Shown here: piece after piece, positions 1 through 8,700 of the stretch
Position numbering within the stretch: position 1 is the first letter of the stretch
How the letters are laid out: each line of letters opens with the position of its first letter
Assembly: GCA_964057225.1 (NCBI GenBank)
Contig: OZ059896.1
Location: forward strand, 14,942,001 to 15,006,000
Source of the DNA: Auanema rhodensis
Taxonomy: Eukaryota > Animalia > Nematoda
Direction of reading: 5' to 3'
Length of the DNA: 64,000 bases
Notes under the pieces: model-generated
Told to the model about the DNA's origin: nothing
The model's database searches: none
The model's input: only the letters and a program-made list of their open reading frames with translations
Program-made: the position numbers and the translations under genes

Positions 1-20
1 ATCAATATTTTAAATGAAAG

Positions 21-34
21 AAAAAGAAAAGAAA
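21..34 (-). terminator. Pol III oligo-T terminator (TTTCTTTTCTTTTT), repeated in A monomers
   Basis: T-runs of 4-5 just downstream of the tRNA 3' end on the minus strand. Confidence 0.85.
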
Positions 35-35
35 C

Positions 36-118
36 TCCGTCGAGCCGGATTCGAACCAGCGACCTAAGGATATCTACACTTCTACAGTCCTCCGCTCTAC
101 CAACTGAGCTATCGACGG
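36..118 (-). tRNA. tRNA-Tyr(GUA) with 10-nt intron (example of the 162-bp A monomer)
   Basis: Minus strand reads CCGTCGA TA GCTC AGTTGGTA GAGC G GAGGA CT GTA G [AAGTGTAGAT] A TCCTT AGGTC GCTGG TTCGAAT CCGGC TCGACGG A. Full cloverleaf, C1:G72 and A73 Tyr identity, anticodon 83-85, intron 72-81 at the canonical 37/38 site, intact A and B boxes. Resembles nematode tRNA-Tyr as I recall it. Confidence 0.98.
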
Positions 119-195
119 AACGAATCTGTTGTTTTCCAAAGTGATTGTCAATAACTACTATAATCTATATTGAAAATCGAAAAAAGAGAAGAAAC

Positions 196-249
196 TCCGT
201 CGAGCCTAACTTCTACAATCCTCCGCTCTACCAACTGAGTTATCGACGG
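196..249 (-). pseudogene. T-arm/B-box-deleted tRNA-Tyr copy (example of the 131-bp B monomer)
   Basis: 54 nt instead of 83. Keeps both acceptor strands, D arm and anticodon; lacks GTTCGAATC, most of the intron and the 3' anticodon stem; C32T. Has its own spacer variant (CTATATTGAAAATCG). Confidence 0.92.
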
Positions 250-2033
250 AACGAATCTGTTCTTTTCAGAGGTTATTGTCAATAACTGCTATAATCAATA
301 TTTTAAATGGGAGAAAAAGAAAAGAAACTCCGTCGAGCCGGATTCGAACCAGCGACCTAAGGATATCTACACTTCTACAGTCCTCCGCTCTACCAACTGA
401 GCTATCGACGGAACGATTCTGTTGTTTTCAGAGCTTATTGTCAATAACTGCTATAATCAATATTTTAAATGAAAGAAAAAGAAAAGAAACTCCGTCGAGC
501 CGGATTCGAACCAGCGACCTAAGGATATCTACTCTTCTACAGTCCTCCGCTCTACCAACTGAGCTATCGACGGAACGAATCTGTTGTTTTCCGAAGTGAT
601 TGTCAATAACTACTATAATCTATATTGAAAATCGGAAAAAGAGAAGAAACTCCGTCGAGCCTAACTTCTACAATCCTCCGCTCTACCAACTGAGTTATCG
701 ACGGAACGAATCTGTTCTTTTCAGAGGTTATTGTCAATAACTGCTATAATCAATATTTTAAATGGAAGAAAAAGAAAAGAAACTCCGTCGAGCCGGATTC
801 GAACCAGCGACCTAAGGATATCTACACTTCTACAGTCCTCCGCTCTACCAACTGAGCTATCGACGGAACGAATCTGTTGTTTTCAGAGGTTATTGTCAAT
901 AACTGATATCTACACTTCTACAGTCCTCCGCTCTACCAACCGAGCTATCGACAGAACGAATCTGTTGTTTTCCAAAGTGATTGTCAATAACTACTATAAT
1001 CTATATTGAAAATCGAAAAAAGAAAAGAAACTCCGTCGAGCCTAACTTCTACAATCCTCCGCTCTACCAACTGAGCTATCGACGGAACGAAGCTGTTGTT
1101 TTCAGAGGTTATTGTCAATAACTGCTATAATCAATATTTTAAATGGAAGAAAAAGAAAAGAAACTCCGTCGAGCCGGATTCGAACCAGCGACCTAAGGAT
1201 ATCTACACTTCTACAGTCCTCCGCTCTACCAACTGAGCTATCGACGGAACGAATCTGTTGTTTTCAGAGCTTATTGTCAATAACTGCTATAATCAATATT
1301 TTAAATGAAAGAAAAAGAAAAGAAACTCCGTCGAGCCGGATTCGAACCAGCGACCTAAGGATATCTACTCTTCTACAGTCCTCCGCTCTACCAACTGAGC
1401 TATCGACGGAACGAATCTGTTGTTTTCCGAAGTGATTGTCAATAACTACTATAATCTATATTGAAAATCGGAAAAAGAGAAGAAACTCCGTCGAGCCTAA
1501 CTTCTACAATCCTCCGCTCTACCAACTGAGTTATCGACGGAACGAATCTGTTCTTTTCAGAGGTTATTGTCAATAACTGCTATAATCAATATTTTAAATG
1601 GAAGAAAAAGAAAAGAAACTCCGTCGAGCCGGATTCGAACCAGCGACCTAAGGATATCTACACTTCTACAGTCCTCCGCTCTACCAACTGAGCTATCGAC
1701 GGAACGAATCTGTTGTTTTCCAAAGTGATTGTCAATAACTACTATAATCTATATTGAAAATCGAAAAAAGAGAAGAAACTCCGTCGAGCCTAACTTCTAC
1801 AATCCTCCGCTCTACCAACTGAGTTATCGACGGAACGAATCTGTTCTTTTCAGAGGTTATTGTCAATAACTGCTATAATCAATATTTTAAATGGGAGAAA
1901 AAGAAAAGAAACTCCGTCGAGCCGGATTCGAACCAGCGACCTAAGGATATCTACACTTCTACAGTCCTCCGCTCTACCAACTGAGCTATCGATGGAACGA
2001 ATCTGTTGTTTTCAGAGGTTATTGTCAATAACT

Positions 2034-2083
2034 GATATCTACACTTCTACAGTCCTCCGCTCTACCAACCGAGCTATCGACGG
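2034..2083 (-). pseudogene. 5'-half tRNA-Tyr copy (example of the 88-bp C monomer)
   Basis: 5' exon (37 nt) + intron (10 nt) + 3 nt, fused directly to the leader of the next gene. A 74-bp deletion removes the 3' exon and terminator. Confidence 0.92.
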
Positions 2084-3067
2084 AACGAATCTGTTGTTTT
2101 CCAAAGTGATTGTCAATAACTACTATAATCTATATTGAAAATCGAAAAAAGAAAAGAAACTCCGTCGAGCCTAACTTCTACAATCCTCCGCTCTACCAAC
2201 TGAGCTATCGACGGAACGAAGCTGTTGTTTTCAGAGGTTATTGTCAATAACTGCTATAATCAATATTTTAAATGGAAGAAAAAGAAAAGAAACTCCGTCG
2301 AGCCGGATTCGAACCAGCGACCTAAGGATATCTACACTTCTACAGTCCTCCGCTCTACCAACTGAGCTATCGACGGAACGAATCTGTTGTTTTCAGAGGT
2401 TATTGTCAATAACTGCTATAATCAATATTTTAAATGAAAGAAAAAGAAAAGAAACTCCGTCGAGCCGGATTCGAACCAGCGACCTAAGGATATCTACACT
2501 TCTACAGTCCTCCGCTCTACCAACTGAGCTATCGACGGAACGAATCTGTTGTTTTCAGAGGTTATTGTCAATAACTGCTATAATCAATATTTTAAATGAA
2601 AGAAAAAGAAAAGAAACTCCGTCGAGCCGGATTCGAACCAGCGACCTAAGGATATCTACACTTCTACAGTCCTCCGCTCTACCAACTGAGCTATCGACGG
2701 AACGAATCTGTTGTTTTCCAAAGTGATTGTCAATAACTACTATAATCTATATTGAAAATCGAAAAAAGAGAAGAAACTCCGTCGAGCCTAACTTCTACAA
2801 TCCTCCGCTCTACCAACTGAGTTATCGACGGAACGAATCTGTTCTTTTCAGAGGTTATTGTCAATAACTGCTATAATCAATATTTTAAATGGGAGAAAAA
2901 GAAAAGAAACTCCGTCGAGCCGGATTCGAACCAGCGACCTAAGGATATCTACACTTCTACAGTCCTCCGCTCTACCAACTGAGCTATCGACGGAACGAAT
3001 CTGTTGTTTTCAGAGCTTATTGTCAATAACTGCTATAATCAATATTTTAAATGAAAGAAAAAGAAAA

Positions 3068-3481
3068 CGTTCTATTTAGATCCTCGGTTCCAAGTTGAGA
3101 TATCCAAACAGACTATGAGACGATGAGTATGATTTTAAATATAAGTGTGTAATGTAAGGTGAAATAAGAAACAAAAGATGAAATGTATAAAGGTTTATTG
3201 TTCGCATTATAATATAATTATACAAAGATTAAAGCTAGAGTTAAGAAAGAGAATATAAAGAAGATAAAGAGAAAGTAAGATAATGAGATAATGAGATGCC
3301 TGAGTCTTGAGGACTCAGGTTTATATATCCATACAACTCCTACTCAGTTTACACAAATTGTTACAAAGTTTATAAAAAGTGCATCTAGAATATTCTCAGA
3401 ATTGCTTAAAAACTATCTGCATTAGTTTAATAATAGCAGCTGCCATGGTCAGCTGCTTTCCTTTGAGATATGTATGTAACA
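3068..3481 (-). repeat. 3' LTR of element 1
   Basis: Direct repeat of 13033-13449; the only difference I saw is a 3-bp indel (AAT). Sense ends TGTTAC...GAACG. TATATAAA at 3320-3327 and AATAAA at 3194-3199 on the minus strand. Confidence 0.97.
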
Positions 3482-3490
3482 TGCCCCAAC
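3482..3490 (-). other. Weak polypurine-tract position (…GGGGCA) before the 3' LTR
   Basis: Abuts the 3' LTR; same GGGCA ending as the PPT of element 2. Confidence 0.45.
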
Positions 3491-3661
3491 GGATACAAGT
3501 CAGCTGACCTCAGCTGTTATATGCAAATAATAAGAGAGAAAAATAAAAAAAATAAAATGGCATGAGATAAAGCAAATTTTTTTTTTTCAACAAACTATTG
3601 ATAAAGAGAAAAATTTTAAGAGATAGAATTTTATAAATGATTTAAACCTTTCCTCTCTTCT

Positions 3662-4014
3662 TTAATCCGCCAGTTGGTCAATTTCCTGGATCATTTCCGT
3701 CATTGATGCTAGTCCAAGCAGCTCCATTGTTCTGATGGTTTGGCTAACTGCTTTTGCCTTACTTTTTGATGCGGACGTGTTGGTAGTCCTTTTTGTCAGT
3801 AGTTTTTCGATTACTACTGATAGGTCTTGCCCTATCTCTATCCACGATGCTTCTTCTTCGGTTCCGCTATTTCCTACAGCTTGTTGTGTCATCTGTGTTG
3901 TCCACGTCGGCATTGCTTTGTAGATGTCAGCTGTGGTCTGCGTTCTGGCGGGTTGTCCCAGCATTATGTGTCGGATTCTGTTCTCTTTCTGGCTGAGAGA
4001 ACATCCTTCTTGAA
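3662..4014 (-). pseudogene. C-terminal remnant of a longer element ORF downstream of the integrase deletion
   Basis: The 100-aa ORF 3662-3964 stays open upstream (VQEGCSLSQKENRIRHI) through the point where integrase homology stops. No recognisable domain. Confidence 0.55.
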
Positions 4015-5718
4015 CATTGAAAGAACATATCTGTTTTCTTGTTCTGTCCTAGGTAATGGTCCGAGTATATCCATGTGTACTCTTTGCCATGGTTTTGTTG
4101 ATGTTGGAAAATTTTTCATTGGTTCCACCGTTGCTTCGTGAGGGTTGTTCTTTCTTTTCGCACAAGCAAGACATCTGTTGATGTAGTTTGTAATGTCTTC
4201 TTGCATTCCAGTCCATGTAAATCGTCTTGATATTGAGTCCATTGTTTTGTTTATTCCTAGATGAGCTCCGAGTGTCGGATCTTCATGAAATTTCTTCATA
4301 ATTGGATTAATTATGTGCTCTTCTCGTGGTAAAATTGTTCGTGGTACTTGTAGGCTTCTTTTTGGTTTTGAGTATAGTACATCGTTGTACACAATATATC
4401 TGTCCGTCAGTTGTCGTCCAGCTGTATTATTCTTTATTTTATCCATAGTTTCTTTTATCCAATTTGATTGATTCTGCACTGATCGAATATCTGCTATCGT
4501 GAAGGTGTTTATCTGATGAATAGTATCTTCCGTCGTTTTTCTTTCGTTTTTCTTCTTTGCTGGTGGTTTTGCTTCGTTGATTTCATCTTCAAAATATCGT
4601 GATAATGCGTCACATACACTGTTTAATTTTCCTGGTCTGTAGATAATTTCAATATCGTATTCTTGTAAAACAATTTGAAATTTTGCTAAACGACCTATTA
4701 AATCCTTTCTAGTCATTAAACTAGTGAGTGGTCTATGGTCCGTGATAATTTTGGTTGCTGTTCCTAGTATGTAGGTGCGAAATTGTTTGACGGCGAATGT
4801 AAGAGCTAATGCTTCTACTTCTATTGGTGGATAATTCCTTTCAGCTTTGTTGAGTTTCCGACTAGCAAAAGCTATTGGATGTAATGGTTCTTGATCGTCT
4901 TTCGCTTGAAGTAGTACAGCGCCAACTGCTATCATACTTCCATCACTTTCAATAACATATGGTCGCTTCGGGATTGGTGCTTGTAACACAGGTGCTTGAG
5001 TCAATGTTTTCTTCAAAGTATTAAAAGCAATTTCTTCTTCTTCTGTCCATTTGAACGGAGTGTCTTTCCGAGTGAGGTTGTAGAGTGGTGTTGCTATTCC
5101 TGCAGCATTCTTTATGAACCTTCTGAAGTAGTTTACTACTCCCATGAAAGCTCTTACTCCTGTCGTTGATTTTGGTTGGGGATAATCTTGTATTGCCTTA
5201 ATTTTATGTGGGTCCGGTTTAATTCCTTCTTGTCCAACTATGTATCCTAGAAATTTTACTTCCTTTCTTGCGAATGCGCATTTCTTCAGTTTTATTTTGA
5301 ATCCTATTTGAGTTACTGCTTCCAAAACTTCTTCAATATCTTTTAAATGTGCTGTCGTAGATTCAGAGATTAACAGTAAATCATCTAGATATACGAATAG
5401 CTTGCATTTAACCATTGATTGCAGGTATCGTACTGCGTTTTGAAAAGTATGGGGTGATCCACATAATCCCATCGGCATTCGACAATATTGATAAGTTCCA
5501 CTTGTTGTTGTGAAAGCTGTAAGATGACGATCTTCTTTCTTAAGAGGTATTTGGAAAAATCCAGATACTAAATCAAAGTTGCTGAAGATCCTTGCTCCAG
5601 CGGCCAAATCTAGGATGTCCTGTATGTTTGATATGACATATACTTGTTTCTGAGTGATTGCATTCAGAGCTCGAAAGTCCGTTACAAATCTATAAGTTTT
5701 GTCTTTCTTCTTCACCAA
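3964..5718 (-). CDS. pol: Pol: reverse transcriptase, RNase H and truncated integrase
   Basis: RT motifs FVTDFRALN, DLVSGFFQI, MPMGL, YLDD (5380-5391), FLGY. RNase H motifs ESDGS, YPPIEVEALA, TDHRPL, DALSR. Integrase HHCC and VHMDILGPLP are present, then homology ends near 4014, so the second D and the E are missing. Confidence 0.96.
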   Translation of the reverse strand: MVKKKDKTYRFVTDFRALNAITQKQVYVISNIQDILDLAAGARIFSNFDLVSGFFQIPLKKEDRHLTAFTTTSGTYQYCRMPMGLCGSPHTFQNAVRYLQSMVKCKLFVYLDDLLLISESTTAHLKDIEEVLEAVTQIGFKIKLKKCAFARKEVKFLGYIVGQEGIKPDPHKIKAIQDYPQPKSTTGVRAFMGVVNYFRRFIKNAAGIATPLYNLTRKDTPFKWTEEEEIAFNTLKKTLTQAPVLQAPIPKRPYVIESDGSMIAVGAVLLQAKDDQEPLHPIAFASRKLNKAERNYPPIEVEALALTFAVKQFRTYILGTATKIITDHRPLTSLMTRKDLIGRLAKFQIVLQEYDIEIIYRPGKLNSVCDALSRYFEDEINEAKPPAKKKNERKTTEDTIHQINTFTIADIRSVQNQSNWIKETMDKIKNNTAGRQLTDRYIVYNDVLYSKPKRSLQVPRTILPREEHIINPIMKKFHEDPTLGAHLGINKTMDSISRRFTWTGMQEDITNYINRCLACAKRKNNPHEATVEPMKNFPTSTKPWQRVHMDILGPLPRTEQENRYVLSMFKKDVLSARKRTESDT

Positions 5719-8700
5719 AATTACTGGAGTTTGTCATTGAGTTTGATGGTTCAATGATTCTTTGTTGTAGCATTTCTTCTATTTGTTTCTCCACTTCTTC
5801 TTGTTGGGAGAGTGGTATACGATAAGTAATTTTGAATGATGGTGTTTTTCCTGGCATGATTGGAATGGAGTGTTCAATTGGTCCTAGGAAGAGTCCGATA
5901 TTTCTATCTTCGTTGAGAAACGCTTGTTTATGTAGTAAAATTATTTCTTTCAGTTGCTGTTGTTCGATTTGCGAGAAGCAGGCTTCTGAAAGGTCAAGCT
6001 CATTGATGAAATTGTCTGGGAAATATGGCAGTTGTTCTTCCCATCGAGCTTCCGGAGGTATGTATTGTCCTTCGTATTTTTCTTGGTTGTCCTTTGGTAT
6101 CGCTTCTGCTATCCCTATTTCTTGATTCATTTGAATTTCGAGTGGCTGTTTGCATATATTCGTCGCGTAAATTTGTACTCCGTATCCAGTTGGCGTAAAT
6201 ATAGTAGGCGTGAAAGAGAGTTTGTTGCCTGGTTTCTTACAATCGAGAAACGCCTGTTCATAGCTTTCTGGATCGTGTACTTCTAGCGTGAGCGTTCTTG
6301 TTTCTCCTGGTCTTAGCGTTTTGTTTTCTAAGCTAACCACATATGCTTTCGTGGTCTGGTGTTCCCACGGAGATGTTTCTCGTGCTAGTGGAACATGTGT
6401 TGTGCCGATAACAATTGTTTTATCCAGCGGTCGAAGTGAGGTGTAAATTCCTTGTTGATGTAATGCTTCCATGAAGTCTATTCCAAGTAACACTGGTGCT
6501 GGACAGTAGTTATCTTCTGCTACATAAAATTTGTGTTCTGTTTCTGTTGTTCCTATTGTTATGAGGATCCTTGTGTATCCCATAAATGAGAATTTAGATT
6601 TATTCGCGACTATCGCTGTTGTTTGTTTTAGTACCATCGTTGCAGCGGGCAGTTGTTTGAAGGTGGATTCTCGCATGTATGATGCTGATGCTCCCGTGTC
6701 CCATAGTGCCTTAAAGATGTGATTGTGGATTGAAATTGGGACAAACGGTAATTGTGATCCTCCTATGTAGTTTATGTTTTCTTTCTTCATGCTTGTAGGG
6801 AAATAAGCTTCATAAATGTGTTCAGGAATTGGTGCTGAAGGATCATACAATGTGAGTTGACAGCTGTTGTGATGGTTGTCGACGTATGGAGCGGACGGAG
6901 AAGGATGAGATGTTTCTGTTCTTGTGTTCTCAGTTGATAGTGGTTGTAAGTATTCTGCTTCCCATTTGACATTGTTGATGGGTATCCTTGAACTACATGC
7001 GTATATTTTTATTATCCAGGTGGCGAGTGTGATTATGCCAATTGTTATGATGATTGATCCAATGATAGCAAGTACGCGTAGTGTCCAGGTTTGAATCTTT
7101 TCCCATATTGGTGACAGAAAGTCAAACATTTTCCAAGTTATAGCTTCTTTTGTATGTTCGTAGCTGAGTAGTAAGCTGCTGGCTGCTCCTGCTGTTAGGG
7201 TAACAGGGTTCATGTTAGGAATTAATCTTTGTTTGATTACAGGTTTTATTCTTCCTGGTAAAGTAGCCTGTAGCGTTGCTAAGCTGGATCCATATGATAT
7301 TGCTAGTGCCATAGGAAACGTTGATTCTGTTAGATTGTTGAAAATGTTGCTTCCATTAAACTTGATATGTTCTAGGTTGATTGATCCTAACTCGTCGATG
7401 TATGCTGGTGATGTTACATTTATTGATTGGTTATTATTAGTCCATTGATCGTTTTCTTTCCAGGGATCCTTGATTGTGAATCCGCATGGTATGGCATGTG
7501 CCATCGGTGTGAGGTCTCTTGTACCTGGTAGGATGAACAGTTGGCCGTGATGTTCCGTTTCGACTGGGGTTTCCAGAAAACACGTGCTGTTGACTTTGTG
7601 ATCACGGTATGTTTTTGTAATTTGAATTGGTGTGCATGGCATTACATAAATTAGTTTATCATTTATGAATCTTGCAGATATATCCTGTCGTCGTAGCATT
7701 GTACGCATCCCTATAGTAGGATTTATTTGAAGAATAGCCCACCAGGTAAGTAGTTGTTTATTTTGTACGTGGCAGATGTTGTTTCTGTTTGTTGTGAACG
7801 TACGTATGATATCATCTTCCAGATTGGTAGTGGCATATTGTAGATGAGATTGCGTTTCTTGTTGATGAAGATGTTCATTCCATTTTTGGACGATATCGTT
7901 CTTAGCTTTAAGGTAGTCTACGTGGGCTTTCTTACCAATATGTGATGATATTTCTTCAGGTGTGCTGCGAGTGGTAGTGATAGATCTTTTTGTAGTTCTT
8001 GGAGGCGGTGACTTGGTGAGTGATTCTTTCCTATTGTATTCCTGGCTTGAGGTGATCGTGATTGGGTTTGTAGTAATATTGAATGTAGATTGGGGGGTGG
8101 AGAATGATTGTTTTGGTCGATGAGTGGTGAATATAGTTGTGGTTGTTGTAGGTGTTGTGGTTGTTGTTGATCTGGGTCTAGCAGTAGTAGAAGTAGTAGT
8201 AGTAGTAGTGGTAGTAGTAGTAGTAGTTGATGAAGACGTGGGTATTGTTGGTTTGGGTCTAGTTGTTGTGGATATATGTGTTTTGGGTGTGATTGTCGAA
8301 GTGATGACGTTCCTTATGGTTGTAGGCTTAGGGGTCGTGGTAGTGGTTGTAGTAGTAGTTTGTAGGGGGGTCGAAGTGCTTCTAATTGTGGTTGCAAAAG
8401 GTCGTGTTCCGGGAGTACTGATAAGGGGTAGATAATGATTATAAAATTTTTCACTATCCTCTTGTGTAATGCTATAATTTGTAGGATTTCTTTTCCGGAA
8501 GCCGTAGAATATCTCGTCGCCATCGAAGATAACTGTGTAGTTTGGCAGTTGTAATGGTGGTAAGTTTAGTTCTTTTTCATATTTGATCCATTTCTTCATT
8601 TCTGCTTCGTATTCTTCTTTTGAATGTAGCTTCTTCGGATTATTTATTGCGTTCAGGATAATTTTTGCTTGTGCTAGTTGTTCGTACAGTTCTAAATCGT

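Larger units (their letters stand above)
1..3067 (-). repeat. Tandem tRNA-Tyr(GUA) gene array, segment 1 (12 intact, 7 T-arm-deleted, 2 half-gene units)
   Basis: Monomers of 162/131/88 bp measured between successive TTGTCAATAAC anchors (731, 893, 981, 1112). Units counted by eye; lengths sum to about the segment length. Confidence 0.97.

Noticed and set aside
72-81. CRISPR-like appearance; the intron AAGTGTAGAT resembles the end of a Cas12a direct repeat
   Set aside because: The spacers are not unique, there are no cas genes, the context is eukaryotic, and the sequence is a canonical tRNA intron.
204-209. Nematode telomere hexamer (GCCTAA/TTAGGC) at the B-monomer junction
   Set aside because: A single hexamer, explained by a deletion joining GAGCC to the native TAA via CC microhomology.
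196-249. B monomer as a functional T-armless (nematode mitochondrial-style) tRNA
   Set aside because: The 3' strand of the anticodon stem is also lost and there is no B box, so it cannot form an anticodon arm.
6100-6350. Possible dUTPase between protease and RT
   Set aside because: Only a vague beta-rich resemblance; the conserved dUTPase motifs are not recognisable.
8124-8435. Poly-Val plus-strand ORF and other short ORFs overlapping the retroelement
   Set aside because: Antisense or alternate-frame shadows of the polyprotein; the poly-Val mirrors the poly-Thr tract.
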